The notes beneath the pieces were generated by a model. The model was not told the DNA's origin. It worked only from the letters and a program-made list of their open reading frames with translations, and ran no database searches. A program made the position numbers and the translations under genes. From an uncultured virus (IMG/VR IMGVR_UViG_3300046780_000922) (Duplodnaviria > Heunggongvirae > Uroviricota > Caudoviricetes), in the IMG/VR virus record IMGVR_UViG_3300046780_000922: a stretch of DNA of 64,000 nt. One strand, given 5' to 3'. Shown in pieces: positions 10,007 through 19,603 of the stretch (within the stretch, counting starts at the first letter, position 1; the number at the start of each line of letters is the position of its first letter).

Positions 10007-11081
10007 GTTCGGCTTCCAGATCAAGAAGGCTGATCTCGAGGACCCGGAGGCCCCTCGCCGGCCCCCGCACATCGTGGTGGGCATGGAGGGCGGCGGTTCG
10101 CCTTTCGGCTCGACGCGCTACAAGCGCACGCGCCTCTGTCCCTTCGAGCAGGCGCTCGTCTCGGTCGCTCGGTTGCGCCCTCTGCGCAACAAGGAGGCGC
10201 TCGACGTGGGCTGGCTCGTCCACGCTGCGCTCCAGCGCTATTACGAGACCTTCATCCCCTGGCACAAGGCGCCCCCGCCCCCTCGCTCGGAGGTCGACGC
10301 CTACCATCACTACCTCTGGGGTGCACGGCCGGCCGCAGAGAAGGCCGCTCGTGACCTCGTCGAGCAGATCGCGCACGAGCCCGGCTACGCAGCCACGTAC
10401 GAGGAAGTTCTGCGCGTGGTCGCAGCCTATGTCGATCAGTATCGTGCTGACGAGTGGCGGATCATTGCGTGCGAGGAGACGATCGTTTATACCGAGACCC
10501 TCGAGACACCGTTCGTCTTCACGGACGCCGAGGGGACCGAGATTCGCCAGGAAGAGTTCGCCTACTCCTGCCGGCTCGACATCCTCGTCGAGCGCCTCGA
10601 GCCCGGCAAGGCCGGCCTCTGGGACGTCGAGATCAAGACGGCCCGGATGATCAACGATGACCTGCTCACGGGCTACCAGCTCGACATGCAGATCCTCGGG
10701 CAGGCGTGGCTCATCCACAAATGCCTCGATCTCTCGGTCCTGCCTCCCTTCAAGGGCGTGCTCGTCAACATCATGAGCAAGGCCAAAACACCTAAGTTCG
10801 AACGGATCGAGGTCATGCCCTCGGTCTATCACCTCCGGGAGTTCGAGCGCTCCACGCGCCAGTGGGCGTTCATGAATGCGTGCTTTGAGACCGCAGGCTA
10901 TCCTCGCGCGCTCGGTGCCTGCGCTGGTGCGCTCCGTGGCTACTCCAAGTGCGGCTTCTACGAGCTCTGCCACTCGCACCCTGAGCTCGGTGTCGAGGAC
11001 TGGAAGAACGCAGCGCCGCCTTTCGGCTTCTATCGTGAAGAGCGCGATCTCGAGGACTACGTGACCGAGGAGACCGCGTGA
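9999..11081 (+). CDS. PD-(D/E)xK exonuclease, Cas4/AddB-like with probable Fe-S cluster
   Basis: RLCP (N-terminal Cys), GWLVH, RLD...EIKT, Q...Q, C-terminal C..C..C cluster. Confidence 0.8.
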   Translation: MAKFGFQIKKADLEDPEAPRRPPHIVVGMEGGGSPFGSTRYKRTRLCPFEQALVSVARLRPLRNKEALDVGWLVHAALQRYYETFIPWHKAPPPPRSEVDAYHHYLWGARPAAEKAARDLVEQIAHEPGYAATYEEVLRVVAAYVDQYRADEWRIIACEETIVYTETLETPFVFTDAEGTEIRQEEFAYSCRLDILVERLEPGKAGLWDVEIKTARMINDDLLTGYQLDMQILGQAWLIHKCLDLSVLPPFKGVLVNIMSKAKTPKFERIEVMPSVYHLREFERSTRQWAFMNACFETAGYPRALGACAGALRGYSKCGFYELCHSHPELGVEDWKNAAPPFGFYREERDLEDYVTEETA

Positions 11082-11449
11082 ATCACGCCTGCCATGCTAT
11101 CGGCTGCACTCGGCAGATCGCGCCTCGACTGCTCTTCTGTGCGCCACACTGGAAGATGCTCGATACCCCGATTCAGAAAGGCATCTGGCTCTTCTACAAG
11201 GCTGGCCAGGAAGATCGCAAGGACCCCTCGGCCGGGTACATGATCGTCCAGGCGATCGCAGTCGGTTACGTGGCCGTCAATAGCCACGCCTGGACCAAGC
11301 AGCAGAATGAGGAGCACTGTCTCGAGCGCATCATGCTCTTCGCACCGAAGCTCTCGAAAGAGGAGCTCCAGCGATTCTGGGTCTGGGATCGGCGCGTGGC
11401 AGCCATGTTGGAGCTCGTCCGTGGCCAGGCTGAAGTTCGTAGCGAGTAA
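11078..11449 (+). CDS. hypothetical Cys/His-motif phage protein
   Basis: HACHAIGC...FCAPHW. Confidence 0.6.
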   Translation: MNHACHAIGCTRQIAPRLLFCAPHWKMLDTPIQKGIWLFYKAGQEDRKDPSAGYMIVQAIAVGYVAVNSHAWTKQQNEEHCLERIMLFAPKLSKEELQRFWVWDRRVAAMLELVRGQAEVRSE

Positions 11450-11659
11450 TCGAACGGCACCTCGCGTGCTACCGGCTGAAAACTGGCCGCCGGATCTCGG
11501 TTCTCCGTTCGATCCGGCATTCGACAAGTGGGTCAAGGCAACATTCGAATCATCGAGCACTGAAAGAGACCGCTCTACTAAGTCAGGGGATCGGGACCGG
11601 AAGCCTTGATCGCAGCGCTGATTCTTCCGGCGCGCTGCCGGCCTCTTTGAGTGTTTGAT
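11449..11659 (+). ncRNA. candidate structured intergenic RNA
   Basis: 9-bp stem 11449-11457/11505-11513 and 17-nt stem with G-U pairs 11552-11568/11643-11659. Confidence 0.35.
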
Positions 11660-11671
11660 CGATAGGAGAGA

Positions 11672-11905
11672 ATGATGGCATCGACGACTGGAACGACCGC
11701 GAAGAAGGGTGATGCTCGGCGCATCACGCTGAACTGCAAGCTCGAGGGCAAGGCGGCACAGGCCGTCTTCATGGGCCCCGATCCCGATGGAGACGTCGAG
11801 GTCATGTTCGACCACGATAACGAGCCCGAGCTCTCGATGGTCTTCGACCGCGAGAGTCAGCAAGAGCTGCTCGCGTTTCTGAAGCACGCGCTCGGCGAGA
11901 AGTAG
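11672..11905 (+). CDS. hypothetical protein
   Basis: AGGAG RBS upstream. Confidence 0.6.
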   Translation: MMASTTGTTAKKGDARRITLNCKLEGKAAQAVFMGPDPDGDVEVMFDHDNEPELSMVFDRESQQELLAFLKHALGEK

Positions 11906-11910
11906 AGGCC

Positions 11911-12684
11911 ATGCCGATCCAAGTCATGAACACGGAATCGCTGGTGAGCGAGTTCACCTCGTGGTTCTTCTACGGGCGCACGCGCACGGGTAAGACCACG
12001 GCGGCAGCGACGTTCCCGGCGCCCATCTTCTTGCAGCCGATGAACGAGGACTCGATCGACACGCTGCAAGGCATGTCGGTGGACTACATCCCGCTCCGGC
12101 CCACGCGCCTCGGTAAGGGTGGGGACACGCAGATCATCAGCGTGATGGACGAGGCGCTCTCTCATCTCGAGAATAAGCTCATCGACGCGCGCAAGCTCTG
12201 GGATCGCGGGGACATGGACGGGGGCAACGCCATCTTTCCGTGGATGACGGTTGTCTTCGAGTCGATCTCGCACTACACGGACATGCTCCAAGAGGAGCTG
12301 ACGCGGCATGCGATGATCGACATGGACCAGCAGAAGTGGGGCAAGCTTTCGGCTCACATGCGCTCGGTGCACGAGCGCATGAAGTCGCTCCCGGTCCATG
12401 TCGTTTACGTGTCGCTCGTGTCGGAGAAGCACGATCAGAAGGGCAAGCTCATCTCGGGTGAGCCGGTCTTCCCCGGTCAGATGTCGATGAAGCTGCCGAG
12501 TGCCTGCGGTGGCGTCGTCTACTTCGATCGGCGCGAAGGCAATCCGCAGGACATCTACTCGGCGCACTTCACGCGCACGGACGTCTTCAACGCAGGCGTT
12601 CGCTATCCCAAGCTGCGCAGCTTGAAGACTCAGCGCCCCTTCAACTTCGCCGAGATCGCTAAGCTGCTCGGCATTCACCAGTAA
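11911..12684 (+). CDS. AAA_24 P-loop ATPase (Sak4-like annealing protein)
   Basis: FYGRTRTGKTT Walker A, VVFESIS Walker B-like; lies between exonuclease and SSB. Confidence 0.78.
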   Translation: MPIQVMNTESLVSEFTSWFFYGRTRTGKTTAAATFPAPIFLQPMNEDSIDTLQGMSVDYIPLRPTRLGKGGDTQIISVMDEALSHLENKLIDARKLWDRGDMDGGNAIFPWMTVVFESISHYTDMLQEELTRHAMIDMDQQKWGKLSAHMRSVHERMKSLPVHVVYVSLVSEKHDQKGKLISGEPVFPGQMSMKLPSACGGVVYFDRREGNPQDIYSAHFTRTDVFNAGVRYPKLRSLKTQRPFNFAEIAKLLGIHQ

Positions 12685-12729
12685 CTTCACTTCATCAACT
12701 GAGACAAGAAAGAACCGGAGACAAGTCAC

Positions 12730-13269
12730 ATGGCAAAGCTGATTTTCAAGGGCAAAGAGGGCGGCGAGTTCGAACTGATCACGCCGGGCATCTACGAGTT
12801 CCAGATCATCAAGGCGGTGATGACGCAGGACAAGGACGGGAACCCGCAGATGCAGTGCGATTTCGAGATCGCCGAGGGCGATCTGGTCGGCAAGAAGGTC
12901 CCCCAGTGGTTCGGTGCCGAGGAGAAGCGGGGTTGGGTCATCCGCAACCTGCTCGACGCGACGAACACGCCCTACGACACCCTCGAAGAGGGCGACGACA
13001 ACAACGCGCCCACGCTTGAGTTCGACACCGACGATCTGCTCCAGAAGTTCGTTCGCGCCGAGCTCACCCACTACGACAACAAGGCGAAGGGGAAGGTCTA
13101 TCACAACCTCGGCAAGTGGGAGGCCTCGCCGCTCCAGGCCGCAGCCGAGGGCACGCAGGAGCAGGCTCCGACTCCCGAGGAGCCCAAGGCGGCAGCCAAG
13201 CCGGCCGAGGCAGCCAAGCCGGCTCCGGCGACGCGCGTTCGGCGCGGAACGGCGCCGAGGAGCGCCTGA
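12730..13269 (+). CDS. DUF669-like single-stranded DNA-binding protein
   Basis: FELITPGIYEFQI...KDGNPQMQCDFEI...G; flexible C-terminal tail. Confidence 0.72.
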   Translation: MAKLIFKGKEGGEFELITPGIYEFQIIKAVMTQDKDGNPQMQCDFEIAEGDLVGKKVPQWFGAEEKRGWVIRNLLDATNTPYDTLEEGDDNNAPTLEFDTDDLLQKFVRAELTHYDNKAKGKVYHNLGKWEASPLQAAAEGTQEQAPTPEEPKAAAKPAEAAKPAPATRVRRGTAPRSA

Positions 13270-13700
13270 TGTCGGCGGCGCCTCCGACCGGACCGCCGGA
13301 CCCGGCGGTTGCGCAGCTCTTGCAGGCTCAGATCGACATGCTTTGTAGGCTGGTCCCGGGTACCAAGCCCGAGATGGCGTACAAGGCGCTCGAGGCAGCG
13401 ATGCAGCAAGAGGAGGGGCTTGCTCAGGTCTGGGTGGAGCTCGTGGAAGGCCCCAAGCCGGCTTGGCAGCTCCGGCTCTCGCCGCAGGGCGGTAACGGCC
13501 GGCCGCTGGTCTTCCAGGCGCCCAAGCGCATGGTAGGGACCGTCACCGGGCAGGACATCCTCTTCTGGTCGCTCCAGCTCGGCGTGCTGACCTCGCCCTT
13601 CCTGCGCGCCGCGCTGCTCCTCTCCGGCTGGCTCATGGAGTTCGCCGGGTCGGACGGTAAGAGCAAGCTCCTCGGGCCTGACGGCAAGCTCGTCACCTAG
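13269..13700 (+). CDS. hypothetical protein
   Basis: TGATG-coupled start. Confidence 0.6.
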   Translation: MSAAPPTGPPDPAVAQLLQAQIDMLCRLVPGTKPEMAYKALEAAMQQEEGLAQVWVELVEGPKPAWQLRLSPQGGNGRPLVFQAPKRMVGTVTGQDILFWSLQLGVLTSPFLRAALLLSGWLMEFAGSDGKSKLLGPDGKLVT

Positions 13701-13711
13701 TCGATTCTCTG

Positions 13712-13762
13712 AACTCGGCCCGTAGGCCTCGAGCGATCGCTTGAGGCTCTCGGAGCGAGGTT
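13712..13762 (+). repeat. conserved intergenic hairpin motif, copy D
   Basis: CGGCCCGTAG-GCCTCGAGC gatc GCTTGAGGC-TCTCGGAGCG; homologous to copies at 33.2, 33.9 and 35.1 kb. Confidence 0.75.
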
Positions 13763-13766
13763 AGCG

Positions 13767-14168
13767 ATGGATCATTGTTCTGTGCATTGGGCCTATCGGC
13801 AGTGGTGTGAGGACTGCCGGCATCAGCTCTTGGCCTATCGGGCAGCACGGATTGCGGCCGATCCGCGTGAAGCTCGTTTGTGGCAGTGGTTGTTCGACTC
13901 GCGTGGACCGGGAGAGGATGGTGGCGTCGATTCGAAGATCGTGCTCAGTGGCCTGTGCGAAGCGCTCGGCCCGAAGCGACTCGAGCAGATCATGCCGGCT
14001 GTTCCTGGTCTTGCAGAGTTCCTCACTTGGTGTGCGAAGGCGCGTGAACAGGACGAGGTGTTCGAACAGAACAGACGAGCGAAAGAAGAATCGATAGATC
14101 GTGCTGAGCTCGCGCGTCTGCGGGCCAAGTACGAGGTGGACGACATCAACGAGTTGCTCGAGCCATGA
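13767..14168 (+). CDS. hypothetical protein
   Basis: ORF coupled to the polymerase start. Confidence 0.55.
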   Translation: MDHCSVHWAYRQWCEDCRHQLLAYRAARIAADPREARLWQWLFDSRGPGEDGGVDSKIVLSGLCEALGPKRLEQIMPAVPGLAEFLTWCAKAREQDEVFEQNRRAKEESIDRAELARLRAKYEVDDINELLEP

Positions 14169-17146
14169 CTTCCGCCCCGATCGCGCACGATGACGAGCCG
14201 ATGCACCTCCCGGTGTTCGGGCCGGAGTTCGCCAAGTGCAACGAGTGCGAGCTCCAGGGGCAGTGCAAGACCAATCGGTGGGCGCCGAGCGCAGCGCCGA
14301 CCAAGGCCTTCAACGGCTTGATGATCGTCGGTGAAGGCCCCGGCACGCACGAGCTCCTGCACAAGGCCCCTTTCGTCGGCCCGTCAGGCAAGCTCCTCGA
14401 CTGCCTGCTCGAGAACTCGGGGATCGATCGGTCGCGTACGTACGTGACGAACGCCACGCTGTGCAAGCCGACCGGCGGCGCGAACGAGGAGAAGAAGGGC
14501 TTTGCCCAGCGGTTCCCGAACGCCATCCCTTCATGTCGTCCTCGGCTCGAGGCTGAGATCGAAGCCTGCCGGCCCAAGGGCATCGTGGCGCTCGGTGCTG
14601 CCGCACTGGTCGCTCTGACCGGCCGCTACGTGGACAAGGTCAAGCAGGTCGATAACCCCTGCCTCGCGTGCCGGGAGGACCGCGGCGTGGTCGGCTCCGA
14701 GACTCGCAAGCTCGGTCCCGTGCTCAAGTGCGCAGTGGGCGAGTGCGATTGGCACACAGACATCATCGTCGAGGGCCAGGACTACAAGGCCGTCGTCGAG
14801 GGCCTCGGTGGCAAGTGCCCGAAGTGCAGCGCGAACATCAAGCGCTTGCGGCCGCGGGCGATCAAGTGCCCCGCGTGCAAGGGCCTCAAGAAGCAGATGG
14901 TGATCGTCCCGGAGTTCAAGATCGAATACGGGCTCAAGGAGGCGGCCGGCGGCCTCTTCATCGGTGAGCAGTTGCCGGAGTGGCTCCGCGCGCATGGTGT
15001 CGAGTGGGTCATCGCGAGCTGGCATCCGGCCTGGATTCTGCGATCGGGCAAAGAGGCTGACGATGCCTCGGGCAAGAAGTTCGGTGGTCAGTTCGCTGCG
15101 CGTGCGATGCGGGACCATCTCGAGAAGGCCAAGAAGCTCCTCAATGCGCCTTGGCGCTACGATCTCGAGGTCGAGATCACGGACCGCCCCGAAGACGTGC
15201 TCGCGTACATCGCCGATGAGACCGGCTACTCGTGCGACATCGAGACGAACAGCAAGATCGCGTGGGATGTCTCGGACATCCGCTGCATCGGCATCGGTCA
15301 CCCCGGCCGGCCCCGCAAGCTCGTCGTCGACACGCGGCACCTCTTCAAGGTGACAGTCACGGAGCACGAGGACCGGCCTTTCGAGTTCGACATCGAAGTG
15401 CTCGATCAGCCGCTCTTCGACGTGCTGAAGGCCTTTCTCGTGGACCCGAAGCGGCCCAAGGCCGGGACCAACTTCGGCCAGTACGACACGATCGTGCTCT
15501 GGCGTTTCTTCGGGGTGCAGACGTTGCCCATCTGGGCCGATGTGGTCTCGACGCACCACATCCTCTACCCGGACGAGCCGCACGACTTGGGGCACGTCTC
15601 GGCCGAGATGACGATGACGCCGCACTGGAAGGAGCCCAAGGCTCAAGGCGGTGTGCTCCGGTACCGCGGCTTCGGCGAGCTCGCCGAGTACAACGCCCGC
15701 GACTGTCGTAACACCGAGCTCTCGCTCGAGGTGATGGCCGGCCAGTACGCGCCCGCGGAGCTTCAAGCGCCGCTCGGCGTGAAGGTCACGCAGTGGACGC
15801 GTGGTGGTCGCCTCGAGCGCCCGGACTACAACCTCGCGCTCGGTCACGCCATCTCGACTGCGCTCGTGCCGATCGCGGCCAGGATGAGTTACATGGGCTT
15901 GCCGCTCGATCTCAAGGTCCTGAAAGAGGTCGAACAGGAGAAGCTCGCACCCGAAGACAACTCGATCTGTGAGAAGTGCACGCATTTCAACTGCATGAAG
16001 GCGCGCATCATCGAGATGACGGGTCGGCCCGATTTCAAGATTTCGAAGCCTACGGACATCGCTTGGGCGCTCTTCGATCCGATGGGCCCCTGCAAGCTCT
16101 CGCCTCCCGTCATCACGGCCAAGGGCACGCCGAGCACCAAGAAGGACGTCTTGGCCAAGCTCGCGGGCAAGCACCCGCTCGTGGATGAGATCCGTATCGC
16201 AAAGCAGACTGCTTGGGTCTTCTCGAACTACATCTACGGGAAGAAGCTGATCCTGCGCGAGGACGGGCGCTTTCATCCCAAGTGGAACATCTCGTTCCCG
16301 GTCACGTTCCGTTGGTCGAGCGAACCGAACGTTCAGAACATAAGCCGCTGGCTGCGCAAAATCTTTCGTGCGCCGCCTGGTTGGGTGATCGTCGGTGCTG
16401 ACGAGAGCCAGCTCGAGCTGCGCATCTTGGCCGCGCTCTGTGGTGACCCCGAGCTCATTCGGCGCTGCCGCGATGCGAACGAGAAGGCAAAGACCGACCC
16501 GGAGCAAGACCCCCATAGCTTCGTGGCCTCGCACTACTTCGGCCTCGCCTTCATGGAGGGCACTGGCGAAGAGCGCAAGGTGCTCCGCGAGATCGCCAAG
16601 CAGATCGTCTACGCCAATAACTACAAGGCCGGACCCACGAAGATCCGCGACACGATCTACAACAAGGGCTACTCCGGGCCTCCGCTCGAGCTCCAGGTCA
16701 TCAAGGGCGTGCAGGAGACGATCAACAAGCTCTTTCCCAAGGTCCAGACGTGGGGTTCGGCGCAGCTCCAGTTCGCGACGCGCAATCTCGAGGTCCGCAG
16801 CCCTATCTTGAATCGCTGGCGCCCGTTCCCGCTCCCGCCTTCGCTCGGCGGCGGTGTCGAAGCTACGGTGGCAGCCAACTACCCGATCCAGGCCTGCGCG
16901 GCGGACATCGTAGACCTCTGCACCATCAAGTACGCGCACGCACTCGAGCAGCTCTGCCCCGAGGCCTGGATCATGGCGCAGGTCCACGACGCCGTTTACA
17001 CGATGTGCCCCGAGGACCGCGCTGACGAGGTCAAGCAGCTCAAGGAGCAGTGCTACTCCTTCGAGCTCCAGCTGGTAGAGGGCGCACCTGCGATGCCGTT
17101 CGTTGCGAGCGGTAAGATCGGCCACGACTGGGCGGAGGTATCATGA
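14165..17146 (+). CDS. polA: family A DNA polymerase fused to an N-terminal family-4 uracil-DNA glycosylase-like domain with a Cys-rich insert
   Basis: UDG: CNEC, GEGPG, FVGPSG, YVTNATLC, HPAWILR. Exonuclease: DIET, YNARD. Polymerase: RWSSEPNVQNI, ADESQLELRILA, REIAKQIVYANNY, NYPIQ, QVHD. Confidence 0.93.
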   Translation: MTSAPIAHDDEPMHLPVFGPEFAKCNECELQGQCKTNRWAPSAAPTKAFNGLMIVGEGPGTHELLHKAPFVGPSGKLLDCLLENSGIDRSRTYVTNATLCKPTGGANEEKKGFAQRFPNAIPSCRPRLEAEIEACRPKGIVALGAAALVALTGRYVDKVKQVDNPCLACREDRGVVGSETRKLGPVLKCAVGECDWHTDIIVEGQDYKAVVEGLGGKCPKCSANIKRLRPRAIKCPACKGLKKQMVIVPEFKIEYGLKEAAGGLFIGEQLPEWLRAHGVEWVIASWHPAWILRSGKEADDASGKKFGGQFAARAMRDHLEKAKKLLNAPWRYDLEVEITDRPEDVLAYIADETGYSCDIETNSKIAWDVSDIRCIGIGHPGRPRKLVVDTRHLFKVTVTEHEDRPFEFDIEVLDQPLFDVLKAFLVDPKRPKAGTNFGQYDTIVLWRFFGVQTLPIWADVVSTHHILYPDEPHDLGHVSAEMTMTPHWKEPKAQGGVLRYRGFGELAEYNARDCRNTELSLEVMAGQYAPAELQAPLGVKVTQWTRGGRLERPDYNLALGHAISTALVPIAARMSYMGLPLDLKVLKEVEQEKLAPEDNSICEKCTHFNCMKARIIEMTGRPDFKISKPTDIAWALFDPMGPCKLSPPVITAKGTPSTKKDVLAKLAGKHPLVDEIRIAKQTAWVFSNYIYGKKLILREDGRFHPKWNISFPVTFRWSSEPNVQNISRWLRKIFRAPPGWVIVGADESQLELRILAALCGDPELIRRCRDANEKAKTDPEQDPHSFVASHYFGLAFMEGTGEERKVLREIAKQIVYANNYKAGPTKIRDTIYNKGYSGPPLELQVIKGVQETINKLFPKVQTWGSAQLQFATRNLEVRSPILNRWRPFPLPPSLGGGVEATVAANYPIQACAADIVDLCTIKYAHALEQLCPEAWIMAQVHDAVYTMCPEDRADEVKQLKEQCYSFELQLVEGAPAMPFVASGKIGHDWAEVS

Positions 17147-17607
17147 GCGACGATAACGGGACTCTCGTAGCGGGCGCGATCATCCTCAACGCGAAGAAGA
17201 ATCGGATTCTTCTGACGCAACGCCAGTTCAACGATCGTTTCGGTCCAGGGCTCTGGGAGTGCCCCGGCGGGAAGGTCGAGGGCAGCGAGATCGAGATGCA
17301 AGCGCTAGCGCGTGAGCTCTACGAGGAGATCGGTCTCATCTACGAGACGCTGCCGCTCCGGTTCAAGACGATCGCTTTCTCTGCGGTCGAGTCGGCCATC
17401 CTCTTTGGAGGCACGCGGCGAATCGAGATCGCCTTCTACTTCGTTCACGCGCCCGATGATTTCATCCCCACACTGACTGAAGTAGCCGGTGCGGGGTGGT
17501 TCACGCTCGCCGAGGCACTCCATCTACCGCTCACACCGGGCACGCAATGTGTCTTGCAGGATCTCGAAGCAGTACGTTACGCCACGCTGAGACGGCAGGG
17601 CTACTAG
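17143..17607 (+). CDS. Nudix (MutT-like) hydrolase
   Basis: Nudix box GGKVEGSEIEMQALARELYEEIG. Confidence 0.9.
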   Translation: MSDDNGTLVAGAIILNAKKNRILLTQRQFNDRFGPGLWECPGGKVEGSEIEMQALARELYEEIGLIYETLPLRFKTIAFSAVESAILFGGTRRIEIAFYFVHAPDDFIPTLTEVAGAGWFTLAEALHLPLTPGTQCVLQDLEAVRYATLRRQGY

Positions 17608-17617
17608 GAGGTTCACG

Positions 17618-17794
17618 ATGGCTACGACGATCACGATCAGACAAGGCGATGCAGTTCGGTATGGTGAGACCACTTTTCGAGTGCTCGCCGTCTGGCAAGG
17701 TCGGCTGACGCTACTGACCAGTGGCAGCTACCGCGATGGACAACCATACGGCACGATCGAGGTCGCTGCCGATCAATGTAAGTTGCGACGATGA
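17618..17794 (+). CDS. small hypothetical protein (58 aa, absent from the ORF track)
   Basis: GGAGG RBS, ATG at 17618, TGA overlapping the next ATG. Confidence 0.5.
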   Translation: MATTITIRQGDAVRYGETTFRVLAVWQGRLTLLTSGSYRDGQPYGTIEVAADQCKLRR

Positions 17795-18573
17795 AAGTCT
17801 CGATCCTCACCGTCACGCAGCCCTCTCGCGAGGCCTTCTGGCCCTGGCTCGTCAAGATGGTCTCTCGACTCGAGCTCCCGCCCGGTCCTACGGGTGGCAA
17901 TGGTGATCACGAGTGGTTGATCTCTACGCCGTCGGCGCCGTGTCCTTCAGAGGACGTGCTTTACGAACTGCTATGCGACTCGGGTGGTCTCGGTGGTCCT
18001 TTTACGTGGAGACTCTTCTCTTCTGACAAGAAGACCCTCGGCGAGCGCCGGCAAGAGCTCCTCGACCGCGCGACCGGCGATGTGATCGCGTGGGTGGATG
18101 ATGACGACTGGCATCATCCGAGGCGCATCATGTGGGACTTGGAGTGCTTGCAGCGGATGAACTTCGATCATCCGCTCGCGACTGGCGCGGCCAAGGGCAT
18201 CGTGCGGCAAGGCGTGCTCTGTGTAGAGCTAACGACCGGACGTGGTCTCGTTACGCCGTTGATTGGTGTACCGATCTCGTTTGTTGGCGATCGCACATTC
18301 GCACGTTCCGCACGCTTTCCCGCGATCGATCAAGGGGAAGATGCTCGGTGGCTAGCTGCGCTTGAAGAAGATCCTTATGGCCTATGGAGCTTGATGCCCG
18401 AGGGCCGTCGCAAGCTCGTATCGCTCGTCCACGGTCAGAGCAGCTCAGCAGCACAGCAGCGTTCATGGCGCTTTACGATGAGCCCGGAAGACGTCGCGAA
18501 CTACCTCGGCCCCCAGTGGCAAAAGGACCAGCCCGATCTCGAAGCTCTGCGAGCACGCCTGAAGCTCCCGTGA
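17791..18573 (+). CDS. glycosyltransferase family 2-like protein
   Basis: VSILTVT, LGERRQ...ATGDVIAWVDDDDW, GED motifs. Confidence 0.8.
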   Translation: MKVSILTVTQPSREAFWPWLVKMVSRLELPPGPTGGNGDHEWLISTPSAPCPSEDVLYELLCDSGGLGGPFTWRLFSSDKKTLGERRQELLDRATGDVIAWVDDDDWHHPRRIMWDLECLQRMNFDHPLATGAAKGIVRQGVLCVELTTGRGLVTPLIGVPISFVGDRTFARSARFPAIDQGEDARWLAALEEDPYGLWSLMPEGRRKLVSLVHGQSSSAAQQRSWRFTMSPEDVANYLGPQWQKDQPDLEALRARLKLP

Positions 18574-18586
18574 TATCGTCCCCCGC

Positions 18587-18880
18587 ATGGGACAGCGAGG
18601 CCGGATTTCATTCCCACCGGACGGGAAGCTCGTAGAGCGCCTCGACGAACGACGTGCGCGGATCATCGCGGAGACGGGTGAGAGCTTGTCACGCTCGGCG
18701 CTCATCCGCGTCATGCTTCGCACCTCGCTCGGGGACTCTGCCTTCGAAGCGCTGACCGCTGAGGCACATTTTCGGCTCGGGCCGGCGCTCCGAAGAGCCC
18801 TCGGTCGGCTCGCTCGCGAGACACAGGAACGCCTCGGGGAGCTCGTAGAAGAGGAGCTCCGGGGCGCTGGCGAGGAGTAG
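18587..18880 (+). CDS. ribbon-helix-helix-like regulator
   Basis: RISF...LVERLD...SRSALIRVML. Confidence 0.55.
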   Translation: MGQRGRISFPPDGKLVERLDERRARIIAETGESLSRSALIRVMLRTSLGDSAFEALTAEAHFRLGPALRRALGRLARETQERLGELVEEELRGAGEE

Positions 18881-18882
18881 CG

Positions 18883-19593
18883 GTGGCTGGTGATGGAAAG
18901 CCCCGCTCGGACCGCAAGCTTGCTCCTGAGCTGAGAGAGATTCGCGCAGCGGCGGCCCAGGTCGACAACGAGACCGCCGTGCGCCTGTGGTCCGAGTACG
19001 GCGTCGTCGTGCGGCGCATCGCTCGGCGACTCTATGCGATCGCCGAGCGGTCCTTCATCGTCGTCACGGTCGACGATCTCATCTCGATTGGTCAGGTCGC
19101 GCTCTGCGAGGCGTGGACTCGCTTTCACCGAGAGCACCCGGACAAGACCGATCGCGGCTTTGGTCAGTGGATGCAGCGCGTCGTGCGCTGGCGAATCGTC
19201 GAGTCGCTGGAGCAGCTCCGGCCCGAAGGCCTCACGAGCGCGATGCGCGCCGACAGCCACAACGGTGCGCTCCACGACCGCGCCGGCCCGTTCGAGGATC
19301 CTGCCGATGCACTCCACCGGCGCGAGCTCCGTGCGTGGCTCCGCAGCGCGCTCGGGCAGCTCGACAGCCGAGAATCCATCCTGGTCATCGCCGTCATGAA
19401 CGGCGAGAGCCTCACCGAGGCCGGGGCCTCGCTCGGCATCGGTAAGACCCGCGCACACCAGGAGCACGAGCGGGCCATGGTCAAGCTCCGCCGGCTCGCG
19501 ATGAAGGCCCAGCTCATGCGTTCTGGGCTCGTAGACCCCGACTGTGGCGGCCTCGGAACGGCCGACTGGCTCGAGGAGCCCCTTTCAAGCTAG
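18883..19593 (+). CDS. sigma70-family RNA polymerase sigma factor
   Basis: Region 2 DDLISIGQVALCEAWTRF; region 4 LDSRE...SLTEAGASLGIGKTRAHQ...AMVKLR. Confidence 0.85.
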   Translation: MAGDGKPRSDRKLAPELREIRAAAAQVDNETAVRLWSEYGVVVRRIARRLYAIAERSFIVVTVDDLISIGQVALCEAWTRFHREHPDKTDRGFGQWMQRVVRWRIVESLEQLRPEGLTSAMRADSHNGALHDRAGPFEDPADALHRRELRAWLRSALGQLDSRESILVIAVMNGESLTEAGASLGIGKTRAHQEHERAMVKLRRLAMKAQLMRSGLVDPDCGGLGTADWLEEPLSS

Positions 19594-19603
19594 GCTTGCG
19601 GCT

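Noticed and set aside
9999..11081. Cas4-like nuclease as evidence of a CRISPR-Cas system
   Set aside because: No repeat-spacer array or other cas genes seen; the exonuclease-ATPase-SSB context is a standard phage recombination module.
11911..12684. P-loop ATPase as the genome-packaging ATPase
   Set aside because: Motifs and neighbourhood fit AAA_24/Sak4-like proteins, not A32/FtsK or terminase.
14531..17125. 864-aa antisense ORF and similar long shadow ORFs (1911-3038, 57313-59196, 50171-51595)
   Set aside because: They lie opposite well-supported genes and are expected from high-GC codon bias; no motifs.
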